Of a stretch of DNA of 64,000 nt, positions 47,160-55,027 are shown in pieces (the stretch's first letter is position 1; each line of letters begins with the position of its first letter). The notes under the pieces were generated by a model. That model searched no databases. It was not told the DNA's origin and saw only the letters and a program-made list of their open reading frames with translations. The translations under genes were made by a program, and so were the position numbers. Source of the stretch: Candidatus Nomurabacteria bacterium (GTDB lineage: Bacteria > Patescibacteriota > Saccharimonadia > JAGOAT01); assembly GCA_020639315.1 (NCBI GenBank), contig JACKGM010000002.1:286321-350320 (forward strand), written 5' to 3'.

Positions 47160-48200
47160 ATGCAAAAAATCATTCCCAATCTCTGGTTTGATCGTAACGC
47201 TCGCCAGGCGGTCGAGTATTATAAGTCAATTTTTGACGACTTAGCATTGACAGGATCCAGCCAATATCCCAAAAGCAAAGATCAACTCGACTTACGCAAA
47301 ACCTCGGATACTCCAGGCTTGCCTTCCGAAGATTCAGAAATTCTTTTATCTGATGGAAGCGATGCTGATGCATCGGTGACAGCAGAAAAAGTAGTTCTGG
47401 ACTTCGGAGGCGATCCTGGGGATGCAGGGATTTTGAGTAAGTCGAGTCAAAGTCTCGCAGATTTTCAGACTGACTTGGCCGGCCAAGACCTGACTATCAG
47501 TATTTCGATCTATGGTTATGACTTCACCTTGATCAACGCCGGGCCAGAATTCAAAGCTACTCCCTCCAACTCCTTCATGATCTATTTCAACCCAACCAAA
47601 CCTGGACAATCCAAACAAGACCTGACCAAAATCGCCAACCGTCTACTCGAAAAGGGAACTGCCCTGATGCCCCTTCAGGAGTATGACTTTAGTCCTTGGT
47701 TTGCTTGGATAGAAGACAAATACGGATTCAGCTGGCAATTAATCTTAATCGAACCCCAAGACCCCGAATATCCTCGAATCGTACCTGCTTGGATGTTTGG
47801 TGGACCAGTTCAAAATCAAGCAAAATCAGCGTCGAGTTACTATCAATCTGTATTCAAGCATTCTAGTCGGGGCCTAGAGTTCAGCTATCCGAAGGCTACT
47901 GGCCCTGCCCAGGCAGGCTCAATCATGTACTCTGACTTCAAGCTAGAAAACCAATGGTTTGCTGCTAATGATGCAGGGGTAAACCAAGATTTTAGCTTTA
48001 CAGAAGCTGTGTCTTATCAGATTAACTGTGCCGATCAAGCAGAGATTGATTATTATTGGTCCAAACTATCTAATGACCCAGCTAGTGAGCAGTGTGGCTG
48101 GTGCAAGGACCGATATGGCATATCCTGGCAAATCGTACCCGCTAATATCGAAAAGTTGATGAATCAGAAAAAAATCATTATTGACCAGTATGAACAGTGA
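47160..48200 (+). CDS. tandem PhnB-like/VOC-fold (3-demethylubiquinone-9 3-methyltransferase-domain, PF06983-like) protein carrying an in-frame MITE-C insertion
   Basis: Two domains: MQKIIPNLWFDRNARQAVEYYKSIF...FSWQLIL and RIVPAWMFGG...CGWCKDRYGISWQIVP. An extra ~55 aa sits in domain 1, encoded by 47285-47449. Confidence 0.65.
   Translation: MQKIIPNLWFDRNARQAVEYYKSIFDDLALTGSSQYPKSKDQLDLRKTSDTPGLPSEDSEILLSDGSDADASVTAEKVVLDFGGDPGDAGILSKSSQSLADFQTDLAGQDLTISISIYGYDFTLINAGPEFKATPSNSFMIYFNPTKPGQSKQDLTKIANRLLEKGTALMPLQEYDFSPWFAWIEDKYGFSWQLILIEPQDPEYPRIVPAWMFGGPVQNQAKSASSYYQSVFKHSSRGLEFSYPKATGPAQAGSIMYSDFKLENQWFAANDAGVNQDFSFTEAVSYQINCADQAEIDYYWSKLSNDPASEQCGWCKDRYGISWQIVPANIEKLMNQKKIIIDQYEQ
47285..47447. 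mobile_element. MITE-C full-length copy (163 bp palindrome) inside a CDS
   Basis: TIRs are ACTCGACTTACGCAAAACC and GATTTTGAGTAAGTCGAGT. The arms are ~70% complementary. CA/CA flanks are present. Element plus 2-bp duplication is 165 nt, or 55 codons. Confidence 0.7.
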
Positions 48201-48537
48201 TACCAAGGTAGCACCTGCACCAAGCGGTGATGGCTGCAAAGAATGCCTAGCGATGGATGGATGGTGGCTTCATTTGCGTCGTTGTCTGGCATGCGGGCAG
48301 ATTGGATGCTGTGACAGCTCACCTAGTCAGCACGCAAGAGGACATTGGCAAGAGTCGGGACATAGGCAGATCATGAGCTATGAACCCGGAGAGTCCTGGT
48401 ACTATGACTGGGAGGACAATACGATGATTGATCTGCCAGACATCACCATCACTCCTCCTTTACACCATCCCCTATCTCAACCTGCACCTGGACCCGCAGG
48501 CAAAGTACCCGATGACTGGGAATACCTACTTAATTAG
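48181..48537 (+). CDS. UBP-type zinc-finger domain protein
   Basis: CKEC...HLRRCLACGQIGCCDSSPSQHARGHWQESGH is the Cys/His pattern of zf-UBP. Confidence 0.65.
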   Translation: MTSMNSDTKVAPAPSGDGCKECLAMDGWWLHLRRCLACGQIGCCDSSPSQHARGHWQESGHRQIMSYEPGESWYYDWEDNTMIDLPDITITPPLHHPLSQPAPGPAGKVPDDWEYLLN

Positions 48538-48556
48538 TAACCACAATAATCTGCAC

Positions 48557-48745
48557 TTATCCGAAAAGTGGTTTACCCGAACTATAATGTAAGTTCAGCT
48601 CTTTTAACACTTCGATCAATGTACCTTGATCAAGATCCTCATACTTTTTAAAGCGAATACAACTTTTCCCGACACTCACCTTACCGAGTTTACCAGCGTA
48701 GCTTTCTGCAATATACTTACCATCTATCACTGCACAGAGATAGAT
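48557..48745 (-). pseudogene. C-terminal fragment of a DUF1801 (YdhG-like) gene split by IS30
   Basis: IYLCAVIDGKYIAESYAGKLGKVSVGKSCIRFKKYEDLD... continues the N-terminal fragment at 49827-50062 once the IS is removed. Confidence 0.75.
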
Positions 48746-49826
48746 CCTAGATTCTATTTCCAAATGCAACCTTAGCTAAGTCTAACTCACTATTAGGGTT
48801 AGAAGCAAGCCAATCGTAAACCTCTTGAGGTGTATGCCACCCTAGTCTTTTTCTAGGCTTGTTATTAAGCTCCCAGGCTATATCATCTAGCTCTTGTTGG
48901 GTTAGTCCCCTAATATCACTACGCTTAGGGAGATACGCCCTAAGTTGTCCGTTGATATTCTCGTTAGCTCCTCTCTGCCAAGAGCTATATGGATCAGCAA
49001 AGTATACCTCTATACCAATAGCTTCTGTGATTCTCTCGTGTTTAGTGAACTCAGTACCATTATCAAAGGTGATGGTATGGGCAACAAGACCTCTAAGCCC
49101 GTCTATTACTGCATTGGCTGTCTCCTCTGCTGTCTTACGGTCTAGTTTAGTAAATACTACTAAACTACTAATTCTCTCGTTTACAGTGTTAATAGCTTGT
49201 TTATGTAGGTATAAGACACTATCACCCTCCCAATCTCCTAGTCTGGTTCTTTGATTTACAACTTCTGGTCTTTTATGGATAGATACTCGATTTGGTATCT
49301 TAGACCTATGAGATGACCTACCTTGATTCTTGGTTCTCTTTTTCTTGCCTTGTCTAAGATATTGATAGAGCTTTTCCTCTTTAGCCCAAGAGCTAGTATA
49401 TATCCAGTTATAGATAGTTTCAGCAGAGACTGATGGGTGTCCTTCTTTCTTTAATCTACCTGAGATAGTTACTGGATTCCAGCCCTTCTGTAGGCAGTCT
49501 ACTACTCGACTGCGTAAACGATGATTAACTGGGTTATCTAAGATTGGTATCTGTCTAGATTCTTGTCGGTTCTCTTCATAGCTAGATTGAGCTATCCAGG
49601 TATGATAGATACCTTTACCATCAAGCCCTCTTTTGATCTCTCTACCTATAGTAGATTTATCTTTACCAATTCGCTTTGCTATTTGATTATTTGTATAATT
49701 GTCTTGGAGTAAGACTTCTATCTTACCCCGTTCTGCAGCCGTTAGGTGACTCATGCAATCCTTTCGTTTAATTGTATGTATTATTCTAACGGTTGCATTT
49801 GATATTGGAACTATGGGATCGCCATA
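48746..49826 (-). mobile_element. IS30-family insertion sequence (1081 bp)
   Basis: Imperfect 26-bp IRs (CCTAGATTCTATTTCCAAATGCAACC and GGTTGCATTTGATATTGGAACTATGG, 18/26). 3-bp TSD GAT at 48743-48745 and 49827-49829. Confidence 0.85.
48747..49754 (-). CDS. IS30-family DDE transposase
   Basis: N-terminal HTH (LTAAERGKIEVLL..NNQIAKRIGKDKSTIGREI), DWEGD, TFDNGTEF, YFADPYSSWQRGANEN. The start is placed at MSHL (49754). The track start at 49862 lies outside the IS. Confidence 0.9.
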   Translation of the reverse strand: MSHLTAAERGKIEVLLQDNYTNNQIAKRIGKDKSTIGREIKRGLDGKGIYHTWIAQSSYEENRQESRQIPILDNPVNHRLRSRVVDCLQKGWNPVTISGRLKKEGHPSVSAETIYNWIYTSSWAKEEKLYQYLRQGKKKRTKNQGRSSHRSKIPNRVSIHKRPEVVNQRTRLGDWEGDSVLYLHKQAINTVNERISSLVVFTKLDRKTAEETANAVIDGLRGLVAHTITFDNGTEFTKHERITEAIGIEVYFADPYSSWQRGANENINGQLRAYLPKRSDIRGLTQQELDDIAWELNNKPRKRLGWHTPQEVYDWLASNPNSELDLAKVAFGNRI

Positions 49827-50062
49827 TAATTTTTCTGATTCATAAGAGCAATAATTGGCCACCGACCAGGCTGCTTCATACTACTACTCTGATAGTCCAT
49901 CATCCCATACCCGAGGCCTACTCCTCCACCCATACCTTTGTAGATTGTCGGTTGACAATCCGGTGCATATTGCCGAATCAAAGCATCTACCTTACGCAAG
50001 TCAGACTCTCGCTCTCCAGTCTTGGCAAAGTATTCTTCGGCAGTCTTAGCTTCAATTTTCAT
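49827..50062 (-). pseudogene. N-terminal fragment of the IS30-split DUF1801 gene
   Basis: MKIEAKTAEEYFAKTGERESDLRKVDALIRQYAP...WPIIALMNQKNYMA. Joins in frame to the fragment at 48745. Confidence 0.75.
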
Positions 50063-50070
50063 TGTTATAT

Positions 50071-50419
50071 TATACAGCAAGTTAAAAACAAAATCAGATA
50101 TTTCTATTAATCACAATAACCCTGTTGCCATATAACCTCACGGCTTCAAAACTGCCATTTTTGCCCCAGACTAGCAAAACACTTCGCAGCGTAACTCCTG
50201 TTATGCTTTGTCGTGTTTTGGTATTCTGGAATAAAAAATCATCAGCTTTGACCTCGCAAGTTTATATGGCAACAGGGTTAATTCCTGACTAGACTCTAGA
50301 GTCCATTAGACTGAGTTTTCTCCTTCACCATATCATGGATATGATTCAGTAGAAGAACTCAACTACTGGTTCTCTATTATCTTAGTCAGGGAATTGGATT
50401 TTGTTTTGAGCTTGCTATA
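50071..50419. mobile_element. MITE-A subfamily-2 copy (reverse) carrying a nested MITE-B
   Basis: Collinear with the reverse complement of 31503-31686, except for a 162-bp insertion plus 3-bp duplication. Confidence 0.85.
50118..50279. mobile_element. MITE-B copy (162 bp) nested in MITE-A
   Basis: Same TIRs as the other copies. AAT/AAT TSD at 50115-50117 and 50280-50282. The uninterrupted target CACAATTCCTG is seen in the 31503 copy. Confidence 0.9.
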
Positions 50420-50431
50420 TCATCAATTACC

Positions 50432-50493
50432 TCGCGAACTGTTCGCGAATTTTGCCATCTCACCAGATTATAGATGTCGCGAACTGTTCGCGA
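50432..50493. promoter_or_regulatory. two copies of the 17-bp perfect palindrome TCGCGAAC-T-GTTCGCGA (candidate operator pair)
   Basis: Copies at 50432-50448 and 50477-50493, 45 bp start-to-start, both followed by ATT(T). Upstream of the DUF1697 gene. Confidence 0.4.
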
Positions 50494-50586
50494 ATTTGCG
50501 CTATTCTGATATCTGTCAAGGTCTGCTAGTAGGGCGTTAAAGACACTGGCAAGAAAATGGAAGTACTATATAATAGAATAATAACT

Positions 50587-51129
50587 ATGAAATTTGTTGC
50601 ACTACTACGCGGAATCAATGTCGGAGGCAAAAATAAAATCCCAATGTCCGAACTAAAGAGATTATTTGAGGACTTGGGTTTTGATAATGTCTTGACCTAT
50701 ATCAATTCAGGCAATGTTATTTTTGAAACAGAACCGACTGAGACACCTATCCTCAATCAAGCCTGCGAGCAAGCAATAGCCAAGCACTTTGGTTTTCATA
50801 TTGTCTGTTCGGTGATTGAGGCCAATCGACTTATTAAGGCTCTAGATAATAGTCCTAGTTGGTGGGATCAAGATGAAGGTAAGCACAATGCAATATTTGT
50901 CATAGCACCCAAAACTACTGCTCAAGTCATTGACGAGATAGGTGATACCAAGCCAGAGTACGAAAAGATTTCTGCCTTTGAGCCAATTATCTTCTGGTCG
51001 GCACCGATTGAAACTTTCAGTAAGACTCGCTATAGCCAGATAGTTGGCTCAAAGGCCTACCAATTTATCACAATTCGCAATGCCAATACTACCAAAAAGC
51101 TTGCTCAGCTCTGCAGATTGGAAACTTAA
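50587..51129 (+). CDS. DUF1697 family protein
   Basis: MKFVALLRGINVGGKNKIPMSELKRLFEDLGF...INSGNVIF is the family-typical N-terminus. The track start at 50557 adds 10 aa. Confidence 0.8.
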   Translation: MKFVALLRGINVGGKNKIPMSELKRLFEDLGFDNVLTYINSGNVIFETEPTETPILNQACEQAIAKHFGFHIVCSVIEANRLIKALDNSPSWWDQDEGKHNAIFVIAPKTTAQVIDEIGDTKPEYEKISAFEPIIFWSAPIETFSKTRYSQIVGSKAYQFITIRNANTTKKLAQLCRLET

Positions 51130-51132
51130 GAT

Positions 51133-51528
51133 CTACCGAGTGACTTCCCCACCCAGACTTTGCCAATTGTCCAAAGATACCAGGTCGGTCAGATTATGAT
51201 AGCCAGCTTGTTTTAGGATCTCGATTGCCTGAGCGCTCCTATTACCACTTCTACAATATACATATATCTGTTGTTCTGGGCTAATGTTGCCGTATTGCCC
51301 GGACTGAATTTGCTGAAGGGGGATATTGATAGCTTTGGCGGCATGCCCAGATTGGTACTCTTCCGCCGTCCGGACATCTACAAGCACTGCCCCATTGTCA
51401 AGATTTTGTTCGATAGTGGTGATTTGTGAGCTAGGACTTTGGGCTGCTTGCTCCGAATTGTCTCCACCTGCCAAAATAATTCCTATCAAACCAAGAATTA
51501 TACATAAGCCTATGATCCATTTCTTCAT
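51133..51528 (-). CDS. membrane-anchored/secreted rhodanese-domain sulfurtransferase
   Basis: N-terminal hydrophobic helix. LVDVRTAEEYQSGH and active-site loop YCRSGNRS. Confidence 0.85.
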   Translation of the reverse strand: MKKWIIGLCIILGLIGIILAGGDNSEQAAQSPSSQITTIEQNLDNGAVLVDVRTAEEYQSGHAAKAINIPLQQIQSGQYGNISPEQQIYVYCRSGNRSAQAIEILKQAGYHNLTDLVSLDNWQSLGGEVTR

Positions 51529-51590
51529 AATTTATACTATAGCATACTAATCATAATCCTACCCTCCTTTGGTATGATTATCTGAATTGA

Positions 51591-53351
51591 TTATATAGTA
51601 GACTTGTTTTTAATGCCAACCGATAGCTCTTCAAGCTGCTTATCATCTACCTGACTTGGACTATTCATCATCAGATCCACCCCCGAACCATTTTTGGGGA
51701 AAGCAACTACCTCACGAATATTACCCTCTCCCATTAGTTCCATAAACATCCGATCCACCCCAAAGGCGCACCCTGCATGAGGAGGAGCACCGTATTTAAA
51801 AGCTCCAATCATTGCCCCAAACTTACTATCAACATACTCCCTACTGTGTCCCAAGACCGCAAATGCCCGATACATTGACTCTGGATGATAGTTTCGTACT
51901 CCCCCAGAACATACCTCATAACCATTCATCACCATATCAAACTGATCAGCCAAAATCGCAAGCTTATCTTCTCTCTCAAAATCTTTGGGGCCCCTGAGTG
52001 GCATGGTAAATGGGTTGTGACCGAAATCTAGCTTACCGGTAATCGAATCCAGCTCATAAAATGGAAAGTCAATGACCCAAGCCAAAGCCAAAACATTCGG
52101 ATCTTTGAGACCGAGGTCGGTGCCAAGCTTGCTTCGTAAGGCACCGAGCAAATGATTGACCTTTACTCTATCACCAACGCCAAAAAATATTGTACCTCCC
52201 TCTTCTGCTTCGGTAATCTGGACAATTGATTCAAGCTCTTGATCACTCAAAAATTTGGCAATTGCTGAGCTAGCAGTACCATATTCTACCTTGAGGTATG
52301 GTAATCCCCCAGCTCCATTGAGCCTAGCAAACTCAGTCAACTGATCGATTTCTTTGCGACTAAAGCCAGCTGGTGCGACTATTGCCTTTACCACACCACC
52401 CGAACTAATAGCATTAGCAAATACTCCAAAATCTGTACCACTCAAAGCTTCTGTCAGATCCACTAGCTCCATACCAAAACGTAGATCGGGTTTGTCACTA
52501 CCATAACGATCCAGTGCCTCTCTATAGCTGATCCGTGGTATCTGCTCAGTCTTGAGCTGTTTTCTAGCAAAGTTGACCACCAAATCTGTGATCAAAGGCT
52601 CGATCAATTGACGCACCTCTTCTCCATCCTCGACAAAAGACATTTCGAGATCTAGCTGGTAAAATTCACCGTACAAACGATCTGCTCTCGGATCCTCATC
52701 TCGGAAACAGGTAGCTAGCTGATAATATCTAGGTATACCTGCAGTCATCAGTAGCTGCTTAAATTGCTGGGGAGCTTGGGGTAGTGCGTAAAATTTACCC
52801 GGATGCAACCTAGATGGTACCAAGAAATCTCTGGCTCCTTCGGGACTAGAATTTGCTAGTATTGGTGTAGTAATCTCTACAAAATCTTTGGATTTCATAA
52901 AATCTCTGATCTGACTAAAATATTCTGATCGCCTGACAAGCATTTTTTGCATTTTATCACGCCTCAGATCTAGGTAGCGATACTTGAGACGAACTTCTTC
53001 ACTGACTGATTGACTATCATTGATTGGAAACGGCAAAGGCTCTGAGCTATTGAGTACTTGGAGCTGATCGACTACTATCTCGATTGATCCTGAATCAATA
53101 TTGGGATTGACTAATTTTTCGGCTCGATTGACCACCTTACCTATAGCTCGAATCACAAACTCATCACGCAAGCTTTCAGCAAGATCAAACTGCTGATGGC
53201 CACTGGCAATAGTCAACTGGACTATCCCGGTGTGGTCTCTCAAATCGATAAATATTAGACCCCCATGATCCCGTCGAGAATTAACCCACCCCTCGACCTG
53301 CACCTCTTGACCAATCTGACCTACCGTCTCACTCGCAAGTATTCTTTTCAT
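51591..53351 (-). CDS. aspS: aspartyl-tRNA synthetase
   Basis: OB-fold GWVNSRRDHGGLIFIDLRDHTGIVQ, class II motifs FRDEDPRADR and GAPPHAGCAFGVDR. The start is placed at MKRILA (53351). The track start at 53372 adds 7 aa. Confidence 0.95.
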   Translation of the reverse strand: MKRILASETVGQIGQEVQVEGWVNSRRDHGGLIFIDLRDHTGIVQLTIASGHQQFDLAESLRDEFVIRAIGKVVNRAEKLVNPNIDSGSIEIVVDQLQVLNSSEPLPFPINDSQSVSEEVRLKYRYLDLRRDKMQKMLVRRSEYFSQIRDFMKSKDFVEITTPILANSSPEGARDFLVPSRLHPGKFYALPQAPQQFKQLLMTAGIPRYYQLATCFRDEDPRADRLYGEFYQLDLEMSFVEDGEEVRQLIEPLITDLVVNFARKQLKTEQIPRISYREALDRYGSDKPDLRFGMELVDLTEALSGTDFGVFANAISSGGVVKAIVAPAGFSRKEIDQLTEFARLNGAGGLPYLKVEYGTASSAIAKFLSDQELESIVQITEAEEGGTIFFGVGDRVKVNHLLGALRSKLGTDLGLKDPNVLALAWVIDFPFYELDSITGKLDFGHNPFTMPLRGPKDFEREDKLAILADQFDMVMNGYEVCSGGVRNYHPESMYRAFAVLGHSREYVDSKFGAMIGAFKYGAPPHAGCAFGVDRMFMELMGEGNIREVVAFPKNGSGVDLMMNSPSQVDDKQLEELSVGIKNKSTI

Positions 53352-53419
53352 AGCCATTATTATATAGCACATACCCCCTAAAACAAAACCTATTCACCGA
53401 ACCCAGACATAGGATCTAA

Positions 53420-53485
53420 CTTCGGGGTCTGACCCCGAAACAGGTACTGCCAACAGATATAAATCGACGGGGTCTGACCCCGAAG
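53420..53485. repeat. REPIN-like doublet R7
   Basis: CTTCGGGGTCTGACCCCGAAA...AACAGATATAAA...GACGGGGTCTGACCCCGAAG. Confidence 0.85.
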
Positions 53486-53556
53486 TGACGAGATAAGATT
53501 TGCTCTTTATATAGAACTCTAGCAAAAGTATACGGAAGTCCGATATAATACCCACC

Positions 53557-53904
53557 ATGACAGTGGATCAATATCTTGCAAATTTTAATGGTGAAGTTTA
53601 CGCCAGACTCCAGGCAGTCCGTAAACTGATCAGAACAGAAGTGCCAGAGGCAACCGAGTCGATTGCCTACGGTATGCCAGCTTACAAATTTTCTGGTAAG
53701 CCACTAGTCTATTTTGCTGGCTATGCCCAGCATCTAGGACTCTATGCTACACCGAGTAGCCATCAAGCTTTTGCCAAGCAACTTTCTAAATACAAGCAAG
53801 GCAAGGGGTCTGTCCAATTCCCCCTGGATCAACCCTTGCCACTTGATCTAATCAGGGAGATTATTAGATACAAAGCTCAACAAATTAGTAATGATCGACT
53901 TTGA
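53557..53904 (+). CDS. DUF1801 (YdhG-like) domain protein
   Basis: VDQYL...RLQAVRKLIRTEVPEATESIAYGMPAYKFSGKPLVYFAGYAQHLGLY. Confidence 0.75.
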   Translation: MTVDQYLANFNGEVYARLQAVRKLIRTEVPEATESIAYGMPAYKFSGKPLVYFAGYAQHLGLYATPSSHQAFAKQLSKYKQGKGSVQFPLDQPLPLDLIREIIRYKAQQISNDRL

Positions 53905-53936
53905 TAGCTAGGATTAAGTTATAATAACTAATAACG

Positions 53937-54560
53937 ATGGAATGCAGTAATACTGAACCCACTTTAGAAGCCAAGATTCAACAAGGTCGTGAACTTATTA
54001 TTCAAGCTCCTCAATTATTTATATCAGTGGACATAGAGGCAGACGGAATTGCTGGTCGGGGTTCTATCCTAGAAATAGCCGGAGTAAGCCCGGATGGTCA
54101 ATCTATATTTTCCAGCTTAGTATTTCCAAAAAATCAATTGTTTATTCCTGAGTATCAGCAATTCTGCGATAATCATGGTCTTAGCAGGGATCAGCTCAGA
54201 GATGCACCAAGATCCCCTGTAGTCATACGAGAATTTGCTGACTGGGTTGAATCGCTTTGTAAAATGTATCAAAAAGAAGCCGTTTTTACTGGATTTAATG
54301 CTGGATATGATAAAGCACTATTTGATCTCTACTGTATAGAGCTAGGAATACAAAACCCCTTTGTCACCTCACCTCTAGATATCAAAAGTATGGTCTTTGG
54401 ATTATTGGGTTCTCCATGGGGCTGGGATGCAACAAAAAAATCATCTTTGCCCGATAATCTAAAGCCGGAAAGAAAATTTAGCCACCAGGCCCTTGATGAT
54501 GCAAAGTACCAGCTTGAAATACTGTGCCTAATCGCATATGAATCCACAAACCTTAACTAA
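53937..54560 (+). CDS. DEDDh-type 3'-5' exonuclease (DnaQ-like)
   Basis: ISVDIEADG (Exo I) and HQALDDAKY (Exo III). Confidence 0.6.
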   Translation: MECSNTEPTLEAKIQQGRELIIQAPQLFISVDIEADGIAGRGSILEIAGVSPDGQSIFSSLVFPKNQLFIPEYQQFCDNHGLSRDQLRDAPRSPVVIREFADWVESLCKMYQKEAVFTGFNAGYDKALFDLYCIELGIQNPFVTSPLDIKSMVFGLLGSPWGWDATKKSSLPDNLKPERKFSHQALDDAKYQLEILCLIAYESTNLN

Positions 54561-54629
54561 CATGTTCCGAAACTACTCAACCCTATAATTGCGGGCTATA
54601 GAACAGACAACCGACCTGTGGCAAGATAG

Positions 54630-54724
54630 ACTCGACTTACGTAAAATCCCTGAACTCCCAGACTCACCTCCAGCGTCCAGAACTCCTTTTTTAAGCTGTC
54701 ACCGAGGTTTTGCATAAGTCGAGT
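54630..54724. mobile_element. MITE-C short derivative (95 bp)
   Basis: TIRs are ACTCGACTTACGTAAAATC and GGTTTTGCATAAGTCGAGT. Its reverse complement aligns to both ends of the 47285 copy, with the central ~68 bp missing. Confidence 0.65.
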
Positions 54725-54749
54725 AAAGTGTTAGGTCTATAGATCCTAG

Positions 54750-55010
54750 CTAGTACAAGTAAATCCGACAATGCCTCAGTCTACTGAGGCAATTTTGAAT
54801 GGCCTTCAAGAGGTTGCGGTGATCTGGGTAAACATCAGGGTTATAATAAATTGTCAGAATTCCTTTGCGCTCTTTTGCGCTCTCGACTCCCCCCAATTTG
54901 CTGATATAAATGCTATCAAAACGGTTGAAATACACCTGATCATCATTAAACCAAAGCACCAAAGAACCTGATCTATAATATTTATATCTGATGCTTAGGC
55001 TATTTGACAT
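54750..55010 (-). CDS. hypothetical protein (86 aa)
   Basis: ORF only. Confidence 0.3.
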   Translation of the reverse strand: MSNSLSIRYKYYRSGSLVLWFNDDQVYFNRFDSIYISKLGGVESAKERKGILTIYYNPDVYPDHRNLLKAIQNCLSRLRHCRIYLY

Positions 55011-55027
55011 CTCTGCCCCAGATTAGC

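Noticed and set aside
48557-50080. The 70-aa and 89-aa track ORFs flanking the IS30 element as independent small genes
   Set aside because: They are the two halves of one DUF1801 gene. Their terminal residues (MHLEIESR... and the stop after ...YMAIP) come from reading into the IS ends.
50432-50493. The palindromes TCGCGAACTGTTCGCGA as LexA (Cheo-box) sites
   Set aside because: The Gram-positive SOS box is GAAC-N4-GTTC, whereas here the spacing is GAAC-N1-GTTC. No SOS gene is adjacent. It is kept only as a generic operator candidate.
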